Counted from the first letter of the stretch, positions 21,271 to 33,268 are shown. The stretch: 64,000 nucleotides of DNA from an uncultured Hormoscilla sp. (GCA_963921275.4 OZ001293.3:6528001-6592000); one strand, 5' to 3'. Translations and numbers: made by a program. Notes: generated by a model not told the origin, from the letters alone.

Positions 21271-21990
21271 ATGAAGACTCTGTTTTTAGACATGGAATGG
21301 GGGCAGATATATGGTTCTTACAGGAGAGATTTTATACTAACAGAGATTGATGCGATCGTATATAATTCAGAAAACGATGTGCCTATTCTGGAGAGCAAGA
21401 AGCTTTCTTATGACATTGATATTGTGATAATAAAAAACATCATTAATCAAGTGGGCAAAACAGTTGGGGTATCAGTTGCAAACACTGGACGCGGAGAATA
21501 CCAAAAACGCTTCGATGATAGTTACAGACTTACAAAAAATGATCGGGTAGCAGCAAGAAAAATATCTGATATATCTCTGCATGAACTACGTAAATATCTT
21601 CAGACTTTATTTAAAAAGCATCAGGTAGATCGAATTATATTGTTTGGAGGTAATGAAGATATTAATATAATGAGAAAAGCGAGGGTAAATCTATCAAAGC
21701 TAAAAATAATAGATTTACAGCAGATCGTAAAAAAAGAAACTCGCCACAGGTTTTCTCTTGATAAATTGTCAATAATTATTAAGTTTTATGTCAACAAGAA
21801 TTTATTTGGCTCCAAAAACTTCCGATATCCACTGCCAGAACGTTATAAATATCTGATCAAACCGCATAAAGCAATTGGAAATGCCTGTAGAATATTCATC
21901 GTGTATAAAGAGTTTTATGGGGTCAAGCATGAGTTCGTGCAACAGTGCAGAAACTATATTCATGCCAACAATGTTGTTGATGAGTCTTGA
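21271..21990 (+). CDS. AT-rich DEDD-like 3'-5' exonuclease-fold protein
   Basis: LFLDMEW..LTEI, IIDLQ, FSLDKL, PHKAIGNA. Confidence 0.55.
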   Translation: MKTLFLDMEWGQIYGSYRRDFILTEIDAIVYNSENDVPILESKKLSYDIDIVIIKNIINQVGKTVGVSVANTGRGEYQKRFDDSYRLTKNDRVAARKISDISLHELRKYLQTLFKKHQVDRIILFGGNEDINIMRKARVNLSKLKIIDLQQIVKKETRHRFSLDKLSIIIKFYVNKNLFGSKNFRYPLPERYKYLIKPHKAIGNACRIFIVYKEFYGVKHEFVQQCRNYIHANNVVDES

Positions 21991-22408
21991 TGAGCGCCGT
22001 GCCTAACACCTCAAGGGAGCGGACGCGCAAGGGATTATATTTACTCTACGAAAGTTTTAATCCCCACTTGTGAATCTACAAAAATATCTGCTGTCCTAGA
22101 CATGAAAATAACCTCTTAGTAAATTGGTCAAGTCTGAGGTATAAACAGAGTTTATAGTGCAGTTAAGCATGAAATATAGATACTAGGATAACAGAAACAT
22201 AGTTTCTTGACAGACTAGGCGATCGCCGATAATAATGGACACGCTAGAGCAGAGCCTCAAATCAGCGTTCCCAGGCGGAGCCAGGGAACGAGATAACGAG
22301 ATAAAACAATGCTATAATTAGTTTAACTCGTATTAGTCGGTTTTAACCGACTTTAGCTATTAGCCTCTGGTTTGAACCAGAGGCGGTCTAACAGCGAAGG
22401 AGACGATC

Positions 22409-23779
22409 ATGCCTAATTCATCACCTGGGCCTATTGCCAAGGGGACAATTATAGAAAACCGTTATAAAGTTTTGCGTAAATTGGGACGCGGTGGATTTGG
22501 ACGCACCTACCTAGTTGAAGATATGAATCGTTACAAAGAGCGTTGCGTCATCAAGGAATTGGCTCCTCAACTGAAAAGCAGCACGGAGCTGCAAAAAGCC
22601 GAGAGTTTATTTAAGCGGGAAGCAAGTATGCTCTACAAACTGGAACATCCCCAGATTCCCCGCTTTCGAGAACTGTTTCAAACTAAAATTGATGACCAAA
22701 ACTTTCTCTTCTTGGTGCAGGACTACGTCAAAGGAAAAACCTACGCGCAACTCTTAAAGGGAAGTAAAGCTAAACCTTTGAGCGAAGAGGAAGTCACGCA
22801 ATTGCTGCTGGATATATTACCTGTCCTGTCCTACATTCACTCTCAAAAAGTGCTGCATAGAGATATCTCCCCAGATAACCTGATCCTGCGGACTGCAGAT
22901 CGACTGCCAGTTCTAATTGACTTTGGTTGCGTCAAGCATGTAGCAGCAAAAGCCGTATCCCAGTCAAATGGACTTGCTGGTACTCTGGTGGGTAAACCGG
23001 GTTATTGCCCAGAGGAACAATTGAGGGATGGAATGGTGTTTCCTAGTAGTGACCTCTATGCTTTGGCGGTGACAGTGTTGGTGCTGCTCACGGGCAAGCA
23101 ACCCCAAGAGTTGTACGATAGTACGAATGCGACTTGGAACTGGGAGCAAATGGTGACTGTTGGCCCGACTCTCAAAAAGCTGCTCAATAAAATGCTGGCT
23201 CATCGACCGCGCGATCGCTACCAGTCAGCGAAAACAGTGCATCGGATTCTGGAAAACGCCAACCCCTCGGGAGTGGGGAACATGATTTCCAGGATGAATA
23301 CCATAGTTGTCGGTCACCTAAGAGCGGTAAATCATCAAATATCGGGTTTGAAAAAGAGCAGCATGCAGCTAGCTATGTGGCAGATACTAGCCATTAGTGT
23401 TAGTATATCATTAGTGGGAGGAATAGGAGCGACTTTGGCCTTCTCGGCTTTCTGGAAACCCCAAAAGTATCCAGCATCGGCGATGCATTCAGCATCTCCA
23501 GCATCTTTTTCTGCCCCAGCATCTTTTGCATCTTCGGGCTTTTTGAGTAAAACGGAGAAAAAAGAGCAGTTGTCAATTCATCAGCGCTGCCAAAATCTGA
23601 AAATTGATCCAAGTCTATTTTATCAGCAAGTGGATAACTTATTCTATGGCCAATACCCCGAAGTTAAAGGCCGTCAACTGACAGAAAAGCCAGCAGATGC
23701 CCAGTTGCGATCGCAATGGTATCAGTTAGCGGACGAATTGCTCGATCGCCTGGAGAAGGGCGAGAGTCTCTGGGAATGA
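22409..23779 (+). CDS. Ser/Thr protein kinase with TM segment
   Basis: LGRGGFGRTY, CVIKE, HRDISPDN, LIDFG, SDLYAL. Confidence 0.95.
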   Translation: MPNSSPGPIAKGTIIENRYKVLRKLGRGGFGRTYLVEDMNRYKERCVIKELAPQLKSSTELQKAESLFKREASMLYKLEHPQIPRFRELFQTKIDDQNFLFLVQDYVKGKTYAQLLKGSKAKPLSEEEVTQLLLDILPVLSYIHSQKVLHRDISPDNLILRTADRLPVLIDFGCVKHVAAKAVSQSNGLAGTLVGKPGYCPEEQLRDGMVFPSSDLYALAVTVLVLLTGKQPQELYDSTNATWNWEQMVTVGPTLKKLLNKMLAHRPRDRYQSAKTVHRILENANPSGVGNMISRMNTIVVGHLRAVNHQISGLKKSSMQLAMWQILAISVSISLVGGIGATLAFSAFWKPQKYPASAMHSASPASFSAPASFASSGFLSKTEKKEQLSIHQRCQNLKIDPSLFYQQVDNLFYGQYPEVKGRQLTEKPADAQLRSQWYQLADELLDRLEKGESLWE

Positions 23780-23904
23780 CTCCGGACCGGCGGATCGCCA
23801 GTCCGATCGCCTGTGGCAGAACGGGCCGATCGGCCTGGGCGAGGTTAGTTAGAATATAATTAAACAGAAGGTTACCAAATTGTATTAGATCAAATCGGGA
23901 GGTT

Positions 23905-25208
23905 ATGATGCACACTTCACCGATTCCCAGTGGGACAATTGTAGAAAAACAATATCGAATTAGGAAGGAATTGGGGCGCGGTGGTTTTGGGCGCACTTAC
24001 CTAGCGGAAGATACCAATCGATATAATGAGCTGTGCGTACTCAAGGAATTTGCACCCCCCAAGCGGAAAATCTTTATCAATTGCGAAAAGCGGAAGAATT
24101 GTTTCAGCGGGAAGCAGGTATGCTATACAAGCTGGAACACCCTCAGATACCGCGCTTTCGAGAACTACTGCGGGCAAATATTGGGGGTAGAGAATTACTA
24201 TTCTTGGTGCAAGACTATGTGGAAGGTCCGACCTATTGGCAACTGTTCGAGCAGGGTAGGCGGTTGAGCGAGGCCCAAGCAACTCAACTGCTAGAACAAC
24301 TGCTACCCGTGTTGGAGTACGTCCATTCAAAAAACGTGATTCATCGAGATATCTCCCTAGATAATTTGATTCAGCGGAGAGGAGACGGACTGCCAGTTTT
24401 AATCGATTTTGGAAGCGTCAAGCAGATAGCAGCAACCGCCCTATACGAGTCCGGCGGACAACCCGGGACTAGGGTAGGGAAACCGGGTTTCGGCCCCTCC
24501 GAACAGATGCAAGAGGGGAAGGTTTCTCCTAGCAGCGACTTGTATGCTTTGGGGATGACGGTTTTGGTGCTGCTAACGGGGAACGAACCCCAGCATTTGC
24601 AAGACTGGGAACAACAGGTAAATGTTAGCCCCAACCTGAAAAAAATGTTAAAGAAAATGCTGGCTCAACGAGCGCGCGATCGCTACCCATCAGCGGCAGC
24701 AGTGAGTCGGGCGATGGAAAACTCCAACACCTCCAACCGCTCTAACTCCTCTAACTCCCCTAGGGGTAATAACATCATCTCCCAGATGAGTACGAGAGTT
24801 GTTGGTCACCTCAGGACTCGCCTCACTAACCTCCATACTCAAATGTCTGGCAGTAACAACCGCAGAGGAATGAATCTTTCCAAGGTGGTGGCGATCGCCC
24901 TGGGCATATCTTTACTAAGTGGAGTGGGTGCTTTTGCTTTGGTACAATCAGGCATATGGAAGCCTCCCACCTTGCTGGGGCGATCGGAGATCGATGGGCA
25001 GAAGCAAATTTATCAGCGCATCCAAGAACTGGAAATTGACGAAGCAGCTTTTTATCAGAAAGTCGATCAGTTATTCTATGCCCAATACCCAGTAGCAAAG
25101 GATCGTCCCCTGACAGAAAAGCATGAAGATGCTGTGCTGCGATCGCAATGGTATCGCATTGCCGAGGAGTTGCTAAATAAGATCGAGCAGGGTTCCGTGA
25201 CTTTATAG
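23905..25208 (+). pseudogene. Paralogous Ser/Thr kinase frameshifted at a C6 run
   Basis: LGRGGFG..CVLKEFAP then frame change at 24055-24060; HRDISLDN and DFG downstream. Confidence 0.85.
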
Positions 25209-25355
25209 TAGAGTGGGTTGCACATCTGGCATGAGGGACGATCTATTAGGATTTAATAGCGATCGCCCTCTGATTTGGGTAAGGGCGATCGCCATGCATC
25301 AGAGGAAATTGATTGGAATTGGGATGCTAAGTTTGGTGGTGATCGCCTCTATAAT

Positions 25356-25583
25356 TTATGTGTCTATCTCGAAGAGAAAACGAGGTAATCCTGACTGGCG
25401 AATAATAGACTGCAAGGTGCCAATCCTTAATTCCTTATAGTTAGGAACCGGAACGGTAACAGTAGATTCTTCGGTTCGTAACTGCATGATAATATGGCTA
25501 CCATGCATCCTTACTTCTACAAAGCCATATTCCGACAAAATTAGACAAACTTCCTTTGCCGATAACACCCTTAACTTACCCAA
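25356..25583 (-). CDS. hicA: HicA-family toxin
   Basis: GF.EVR..GSHIIM..TVPVP..ELRIGTLQSIIRQSGL. Confidence 0.88.
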   Translation of the reverse strand: MGKLRVLSAKEVCLILSEYGFVEVRMHGSHIIMQLRTEESTVTVPVPNYKELRIGTLQSIIRQSGLPRFLFEIDT

Positions 25584-25803
25584 CTTTTACCTCTACTTGC
25601 CCTACAAAAACTTCATTATTTAATCGACGCTGAATTTCGGAAGCATCGGCAGTCTCAAAAAAAAGTTCTAAGGCTTCAATCAAATTAGACCTGGCTTCGT
25701 CAGCCGTATCTCCTTGACTGGCGATGTCTAATTCTGGGCATAAGGATACATATCCAGAACCCTCTCGTTCAATAATTGCTGTTAGCTGTTTTGTTGGTTT
25801 CAT
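25576..25803 (-). CDS. hicB: HicB-family antitoxin (short form)
   Basis: AIIEREGSGYVSLCPELDIASQGDTADEARSNLIEALELF. Confidence 0.88.
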   Translation of the reverse strand: MKPTKQLTAIIEREGSGYVSLCPELDIASQGDTADEARSNLIEALELFFETADASEIQRRLNNEVFVGQVEVKVG

Positions 25804-26003
25804 TGTAGCATCGCTCGATTAATCTTTATTACTCTAGTATAGCAGGTAGCATATAAATTGGGAATTAAGAATCCATTTTTTTCCCAAAAACCTGGTTGAT
25901 GGGCTACGTTATCCTCCCAAAGTTATGGCTACCAAGTTCGAGTGGAGAGAGATCGCCCTCTGATTTGGATAAGGGCGATCGGCATTCATCTTCCGAAGAA
26001 CGG

Positions 26004-26891
26004 TTAGTTGTACTGCTGGCCACTACTATCTTCTGCCGGAGTCAGTTGCTCGAGAACGGCAGAGAAGTCTGATAGGGATGCGATCGTCACCGAACGCTGG
26101 TGAAGCTCCCGCAGCAGAGAAGCATCCTCCAGTTTATTGATGCGATCAGATATTTGCTCGGGCACCGAGTCAAACTTCATAACGAGCATATCGATTAGAT
26201 ACTCTCGACCGGTTTGTAGGGCTCCCCTGTTCACTCCCTCCAACAGCCCTTTGGTTACCCGAGTTTTCCATTCCAAGCGTTTCCGGGCATCCTGGCGTGT
26301 CGCCATTGTCTTCAGATGGGCCATCACCATCACCGCAAATGGATTGGTGCTACGCTCCAACTCTGACCATTTGTTTTGATAGTCCAGCCGTTTTACTGCT
26401 CGATAGGACCTGTATGTTCGACTTTCCCAGATTTGAGACTCAAACTCTTGCGGTCGCCAGGAAGGTCTGTCATCTCCTAATATTACCAAACTGGCCACTG
26501 GCGCATCGTAGCGCAACTCGATCGCGCTATTGTAAACATGTATCCGTTTGGGAAATTGTACTTCGTACTCACTTTGAATTTCTACATGCACCAGCACATT
26601 GATCGGAGAACCTTCCTTTCGCCAGACTTTGACCAAGATATCTACTACACGCTTGCCTACTTTCGCCTCGGGAAATGTTTTTTGTAGTTCCGTATTCAGG
26701 ATTTTATAACCGCGCTCCCAGTCTATGTCTCCATGGGCTGCTGGATAGAAAAATTCCATACAAGCCGGAAAATAGTCAATTACTGCCTGTTTCCATGACC
26801 CGTCATAATCTGCTGGTATATTCTCCATTTTTTCTTCTGCACTCTGATTATCAAACTCCTCTACCTTAGGATTCGCTGCTACAACTAGCAT
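26004..26891 (-). CDS. Rpn-like PD-(D/E)XK protein, possibly internally deleted
   Basis: DYDGSWKQA, VDILVKV, VLVHVEIQS, NPFAVMVMAHL. Confidence 0.75.
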   Translation of the reverse strand: MLVVAANPKVEEFDNQSAEEKMENIPADYDGSWKQAVIDYFPACMEFFYPAAHGDIDWERGYKILNTELQKTFPEAKVGKRVVDILVKVWRKEGSPINVLVHVEIQSEYEVQFPKRIHVYNSAIELRYDAPVASLVILGDDRPSWRPQEFESQIWESRTYRSYRAVKRLDYQNKWSELERSTNPFAVMVMAHLKTMATRQDARKRLEWKTRVTKGLLEGVNRGALQTGREYLIDMLVMKFDSVPEQISDRINKLEDASLLRELHQRSVTIASLSDFSAVLEQLTPAEDSSGQQYN

Positions 26892-27282
26892 GAATTATTG
26901 CCACTATAGTCAAACCCTATAACCATTATTGTAACTGTTACGATCTTCCTTTGTCAATAATTTATGATAAATTTAATATTGACTTCGTATAAACAGTTTA
27001 CAAACCTGGTTTATGGGCAGCTTTTATTTGAACTAATGCGGACAGCAATATTTGCCATATTCTGTCATGCAGGTAGGGCAAGTTTCGTTTTTATCCTCGG
27101 ATTTTATTTCTATTACTGTTACATACATCGTGCTATATTCTTTAGGTCTGGCGATCGCCCTCCACGAACGCAGACTGCCGCTAAACTGATTGTTAAGGCT
27201 GGAAAAAGTGCGACCCATGGCGTTGTCGTACAGTAGAATGCATTACCATTACCTCCTGAATCTGGGATTATGCAAACAGCAG

Positions 27283-27621
27283 CTATTGGCTGAGTAGCAC
27301 AACACTGACGATCGCTAAACCCAGGCCCAGGTAACCGGAAGGGGACAAAGTTTTCTGGTGCAGGAGAAAAGTCCCCAGCAGATTACTCAGAGTAATACCC
27401 AGACAGCTCATGAGAGCAGAAACGCGACCGAGTTCAGTAGCAGACCACAAGTAAAATTGCCCGGAGATGCCGATCAAGCGGGTGATCGTGAAAAGCCAAA
27501 ACCAAGAGTGATAGACGCTATCCGCAGTAAATCCCACAGTTTTGAGATAGCCAGCAGCAGGGAGTTCGCCAATTAAGAACGTGGCTTGAGTTAAGATCGT
27601 CACCAGTAAAACTTTAGACAT
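27283..27621 (-). CDS. Small 4-TM membrane protein (SMR/DMT-like)
   Basis: 112 aa, hydrophobic, GLGLAIVSVVLL C-terminus. Confidence 0.5.
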   Translation of the reverse strand: MSKVLLVTILTQATFLIGELPAAGYLKTVGFTADSVYHSWFWLFTITRLIGISGQFYLWSATELGRVSALMSCLGITLSNLLGTFLLHQKTLSPSGYLGLGLAIVSVVLLSQ

Positions 27622-28062
27622 GATATATTGTTTAACTTGATAATATTGAGGATATTCATGAGTAACCCTGAAACCGGGTTTCTTAATAGAGTTGATACGC
27701 GAGACGCACCGATAACCACAAAAGAGATGTCGCATGTAATGATACCTTGCGAGCAAGATGCAATGAACAGGGATATCCTGTCTCCTAGAGTTCCTCAATA
27801 AACCTGTTTTCTTTTGGGGAAAATGTCGAGATTCAGTCGATCGATCGCCTGATAAGAAACCCGGTTTCTGATAAGACTTGACGGATGTCATTACATCGGT
27901 GCCCACCCTACTACTTTTTTAGACGCTTAAGTAGGCTTCGCTATCGTAGTAACACCACAAGCGACTATCAAAGCAAAAGCTGCCCTTTAACTGCATCTGC
28001 AATTTATCTCGCGCTAACCGGACTGAGGCGTAGTTGTCAATCTGAATGAGAGCACATTAATT

Positions 28063-28938
28063 TCAGCCATGACCGAGAAAACCAAATTCCAAAACTGCAC
28101 GAGCAGCGGCGGAGGCAATTCCTTTCTTTCTGAATTTGGGATGGACGACGTAACCCAATTGTACTTTTTCGTTCAGATAAAATTTGTACGGTGTCCGATC
28201 CTTATGAAGCGGGAATAATTCAATCTCTTGCGGACTTTTGGAGATTCTTAAACCAGTACTATGACATTTCCTGTTATTGCATCTCGAATTGCCATCGGAC
28301 CGAATGAACGCATTCTCCAATGTTCTCGATAATTATTAAGAATATTTTCTGTTTAGGATAATGTCAATATTACTCCCAGATATCGCAGTTTCTGGGTCGC
28401 TATAAAGGGAATACAAACTCTCTTTATCTTCTGATGTAAAGGGAGTCACGAGCATTGGCAACCTGTTATTGATCCGAATTACTGGTAAATTATGTTCTCG
28501 TGGATTCTCGCCTTTATATAGATAATTTTTCATGCCTTTGCCGATGTTTTTTTGAGCAACCATCTCAATCACGACTTTCGCGAGTAAGTCTACCGGTCCG
28601 GGACCTGTAACTAAAGATTGAGCCAAATAGATCGTGTCTTGTTCGCTATCATAAGCGCCCTGAGCTCCCTTCATCGCCTCATCAGATAAAATTTTAATTC
28701 GAGAAAACAAGCTAGAAACTCCCTGGGACATGTCAGACAAGAGGTTTTGGATAACCACAGGATTGCGAACCCCATAAATCTGCTCCAGGTCAGATTGAGC
28801 GGAGCCAGAACCTGCAAATTTGTTGAGCTGATTTTGGACTTCTCCTAACACAGAATGCAAAACGACATCATCGACTAAGGAATCACTGGCAGAATCCAAG
28901 GAACTGTTGGATGCGATCGAACTATTGTCGTCAAACAT
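28063..28938 (-). pseudogene. Truncated secreted-protein N-terminus fused to a broken GNAT acetyltransferase
   Basis: GAQGAYDSEQDTIYL, then PFTSEDKESLYSLYSDPE and QLGYVVHPKFRKKGIASAAARAVLEFGF in different frames. Confidence 0.55.
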
Positions 28939-29263
28939 GAGGTCACCTCATTGAAGCTAGATGTCTTTGAGTGCAAATCTCGGATGTGATTTGCGCTCAG
29001 ATCTCAATACTGACAAATGCTTCCTGATTTCGGCGGTGCATTTTCAATGAAAAAATAGCTATTTTTGGTTATTTTCGGTTCATAATTAAAATAGCTCATA
29101 AATCAGCGCTTTCGTAGTTCTTTTTAGTTCAATATTTTAAAATAGCTCATAAATCAGCGCTTTCGTGGTTCTTTTTCGCAGAAAAGGTCTGTAACAGGTT
29201 GAAGTTAGTGCTACAGTAGAATCATGAACGATTTAAGCCAGGGTTTAGCAAGGGAGAAGAACG

Positions 29264-29809
29264 ATGTCAGTCCAAATTACTCAAGAATTTCGCTGTCAGC
29301 TCAAGAAGGCTGCTAAACTTTAAGGGTTGAGCCAACAACAATGGGCGGACGAAGCCCATTATGACCTTGGGACTCTTAAACGTATTTTCGGTACTGGTGG
29401 GCCAGGCTCTTACAGTCAAGAAGCCTTAGAAGCGGTGTGTCGGGTTGTCAAGATGAACTGGCAAGACGGGATAGTTGATTGCGCCGACCTGCTGGCAGAG
29501 GTACAGGAGAAGCACCGGCCATACTTGACGGAGAAGCACGGCAAGATACGAGTTTTGGACATGGAACAGCCCATCGGCCTAGATGATGTCTTTATTGAAG
29601 TCAAGGTGCTCGAAAAGCTGACCGCAGGCTTGCCTCTCAGCCGGAAACAACTGATCGACCAAGCTAACCATCCTGACCATGACTTTGAACGTTGGGGTTT
29701 CGGTCGCGTTCTGGAAGAAGGCTTGTCAGGTCGGGATGCTTTGGAAAAATTTCAGAAAATGGAGGTATTGGGTAAGCCGGGTTCGGGGAAAACCACGTTT
29801 TTACGGTAA
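29264..29809 (+). pseudogene. NACHT NTPase N-terminus, cut at Walker A
   Basis: GKIRVLDMEQPIGLDDVFI..VLGKPGSGKTTFLR; early stop near 29321. Confidence 0.8.
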
Positions 29810-29998
29810 ATTGTTAACCGATACAGTTGTCCGATGGTAAGCTAGAAGAACAGCTATATGTTGAGTTGTTTCTACGACCCCAATTTTTAGCCAATATAAA
29901 GCTTGCACTCGGCATTTTTTATCACCGGTGGTTCGCGCTATCAATTTCTTAAGGTATTCTTCAGATTCGGCAATTTCTATTTTAACTACGCCAGCCAT
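29801..29998 (-). mobile_element. IS630-like transposase HTH fragment
   Basis: MAGVVKIEIAESEEYLKKL..VQALYWLK..HRTTVS. Confidence 0.7.
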
Positions 29999-30429
29999 AT
30001 TTCCTTTTATCTAGGTCTTTTACTAATTGTAGCATTGTTTTTTCAAAATGGTATTACATATCTGCCTTTATGGCGCGATCGCGATCCGAAGAGAGTAGTA
30101 CCGTCCTGCATTGCAGTTCGCAGGTTGGGTTGTTGGGTTTCGTTCCTCAACCCAACCTACGACATTACTTGCGCGATCGCCCTAAAAAACTTTGTCACTT
30201 TATCAATCTTTCAAGTCTGCAATTGGAGAATTGGTTAGCTTCCGATAATACAATTTTGTCAAACTAATGCTAAAATTAGTTTAATATTATATTATTAGTC
30301 TGTTTTAACCGACTTTAGCTTTTATGGGTTTTAACCCCCGGCGGGCTGACAGCGAAGTGAGAGGACTTTCGTGCATAAGTGCTATCATAGAGATAAGGCG
30401 AGATAAAATAAGTGAAACTGGGAGGAGAG

Positions 30430-30684
30430 ATGATGAGAATCAAAGGCATAAAGCGCGGGCAAACCATTGAACTCAAGGAGGAACTGAAGATTCCTGATGG
30501 TCAAGAAATAATAATATAAGTTAAGGAAGTAAAGCAAATGAGTGACGAAGAAATGCTGCAAAAGATGAAGAATTTTTTGGAAAATCCTCGCAAAGGGAGA
30601 AAAGAGCTTGTTGCCACATTGAATCAGCTAGACAGAGAGCGCCATGCTCATTGGGACAAACAGATGGAAAATCATGAAGATTAA
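30430..30684 (+). pseudogene. VapB-like antitoxin with internal stop
   Basis: MMRIKGIKRGQTIELKEELKIPDGQEIII*; TAA at 30517-30519; frame stays open to 30684. Confidence 0.7.
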
Positions 30685-30696
30685 GGTGAGAGGCTT

Positions 30697-31092
30697 GTGT
30701 ATTTGTTAGATACCAACATTTGTAGTGCAATCATCGACCAAAACAGACTAGCAATGGTTGAATTTTACCGCAAATACAGCCAGTGTTACCTGGTGATGGT
30801 TGTGATAGCAGAACTATATAAAGGGGCTTACTGTTCTAGACAACTTGAAGAAAACCTTGAGGATATCAATGACTTCATTAGCATGATCCCAACTATTGTC
30901 GATTTGGACCAGGATGCAGCTGAAGAGTTTGACAAGATTCAAGGTGAGTTAAAACTCATGGGCAGACCGACTGGGGATTTAGACGCGCTTATTGCCGCTG
31001 TGGCCCGATCGCGTGGTGACATATTGGTAACTAACAACACTCGCCACTTTATCAATATTCTCAATCTGCAATTGGATAATTGGTTAAGATAA
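30697..31092 (+). CDS. vapC: VapC PIN-domain toxin
   Basis: YLLDTNIC, AELYKGA, DALIAAVA, LVTNNTRHF, LDNW. Confidence 0.9.
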   Translation: MYLLDTNICSAIIDQNRLAMVEFYRKYSQCYLVMVVIAELYKGAYCSRQLEENLEDINDFISMIPTIVDLDQDAAEEFDKIQGELKLMGRPTGDLDALIAAVARSRGDILVTNNTRHFINILNLQLDNWLR

Positions 31093-31199
31093 ACTGAAAA
31101 TTAAAGCAGTTTATAAGGCCCATGTTTTAACTTGAAAATGCCCAGATAGCCAATCAAATTATGCTTTACACCTCACAAATATACCATCAGCAATCGCCA

Positions 31200-31670
31200 T
31201 TAAGATATCACTTGAGCGACGATCTTGCCCCGGACGTGACGTTGAGACAGGCGTACCAGTGCATCAGGAATTTCTTCCATACTTATGAGTTCTTGCAGCA
31301 TCGGGTTAATTTTATTGTCACTGACTAGACTGCCAAGATCTCTGCCCATACAAGTCAGCAATAGCAATTTGGTCTCCAGACAAATAAGCACCTCCCAAAG
31401 CTACTTCATGAATGGAAATACCTTTGCTAAAAGGTTTAATCTTGCTAAAATTAGGTAATCCAGCAACGCAGGCAATTGCCCCGTTAAAAGCTACCATCTC
31501 TAACCCCGCCGTCGCACTATCAGAACTAACTGTATCGACGATCGCGTCCACCCCTCGCCCATCAGTAATCTGGAGCACTCTTGACAAATCTCTTCGGTGC
31601 GATAATCTACAACATGTGCTGCGCCTAACTGACGCACGTAATCAAAATTAGCCGCAGAACAGGTATAAAT
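31200..31670 (-). pseudogene. C-terminal half of an MDR/quinone oxidoreductase-family gene
   Basis: IYTCSAANFDYVRQLGAAHVVDY, GRGVDAIVDTV, RHVRGKIV; frameshifts; N-half at 58312-58603. Confidence 0.85.
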
Positions 31671-32597
31671 GGTCGGGGTCGAGCTGGGAATCACTCCCCA
31701 ACCCTCCAAGAGCGAAACCTGAAGAGCGACTGGAACCGCACACGGCTACTGGTTGGTAAGCTGTTGTCATCAGTAGGATTACTGGGGGTTACCCCCGTTG
31801 TCCCTTACCCTTTGAAATTTTACCCCTTATGGTCAATCCTATTGGACCGTTTAAGTACTGAGCTGCGGAAGGTTCGCGGAGGATAGTTCAGCAAACCATA
31901 CTCGCCGCTCTTTACTAACATCTTCCCCATTCTGCTTTCCGCTTTTCGTAAGGGCTCTGAACTTTACCTGGCTAAGATTTGAATCCAAAATTCGTACTTT
32001 CGGAATTTCTCCCTAGTTCTGTGACATTAAGGTTACTTTTCCCAAGGGTGTCTTACCATATCCGTCCTACGTCTGCATATCCACAGGCATTACCCTGGGC
32101 GTTAGCTTCTTAGGACATCCTTCTTCTTCGTGGCTTGCGCTTTACATCTAACTTGTCCAAATGGGGACAGCTCACGAGAGGTTACTTCGTTCCCTAGTAT
32201 CATTTCACGATGCTTTTAGGTTCCTACTATACCCCGGGAGTTCTTTGAGTACGTTATTAGCCAGAGGCAAGAGCTAATACTAACTACCATTTCCCTTTTT
32301 GGGCAAGCGCATAAGCCTTCTTCCGCTGGTTCTGGTTAACGAGGTTTACATAGGTTCGCTTGTTCTAACCATTAGCATCTTTCCTAGCGGCGTCACCGGC
32401 TTAGGCTGCCAGTTATCCTACATTTAAGTCCTCGGGAGGCACCACGGCGATGTGGCTCCGTAGCACCTCCGACCGGTAGTACCCTCGACCCCCGTACCTG
32501 GGGAAAGGGAATTTAACCCCCATGATAACCAGAGTTATCTGGCTGATAGAGCCAGACCCGACTTTCACCTACTGGCTTATGCCGGAACGAATCGCAC
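31671..32597 (-). mobile_element. ORF-less group II intron, copy B (927 nt)
   Basis: 5' GTGCGATTCG, 3' CTCGACCCCGACC, DV/DVI-like region; reverse complement of 58604-59530. Confidence 0.92.
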
Positions 32598-33180
32598 CAT
32601 CTCCCACCAGTCTATCGTTAGCGTCTGTTCCTTGACGAACATGTGCCAGGTATTTTAAATCTTCTTTGGTTGGCAAAATTGTTTCCAATAGGCTTTTGGG
32701 GACATCAATAACCGTCACTTTATCGTCATCGTGTTGTCCTGGTTCTAAGTTGAAGCTGGGAAACTTAGCCCCATAACTACTTGTATTTTTGAGTTGCCCG
32801 AGGGTAACAATCTGAGGCGTCGGCTTTTCGTCCTCGTCGAAGAGAAGCAAAGCCAACCAAGGAATGTCCCTGTCCTCGCTAGAACTGTCGATCGCTCTTT
32901 CCCAAGGTAAGGTACTGCGGTTGAAAATAACATGGGGAAAGACGTTAGAGTGTTCCCCCAAACTCCCTGGCGGTGGGAAAACCCCATGGATGTCTTGGGG
33001 ATTTAGAGCGAAACGTTCTCCGGCGACATGAAATGTTTTCTCTCCCGTTGTAAAGGGAGCTTGACCTTGTATCTTGCTACTTTCAATAGTTTGAGTAACG
33101 GTAATCTTATATTCCCCATCTCTCAGTGCCGGTTGATGGTACTGGATGAATTCAACCTTAATAGGAGCTTGAGTAGTCAT
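32598..33180 (-). pseudogene. N-terminal half of a large uncharacterised protein
   Basis: MTTQAPIKVEFIQYHQPALRDGEY..TLPWER..PWLALLLF..LAHVR; continues at 59531. Confidence 0.8.
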
Positions 33181-33268
33181 TGTAATTTTTGTCCTCGTTG
33201 CCAAAAAATTATCAAGCGATGCCCGAGGGGTTTTCGCCATGCGTCCCGAGGGCATCGTTGATTTTTGA

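Noticed and set aside
27622..27906. N-terminal extension of the 207-aa ORF
   Set aside because: It runs through AAACCCGGTTTC-type repeats; ATG 27621 gives a coherent membrane protein.
29087..29176. Two ~39-bp direct repeats as an operator or iteron
   Set aside because: Only two copies and no associated rep or regulator gene.
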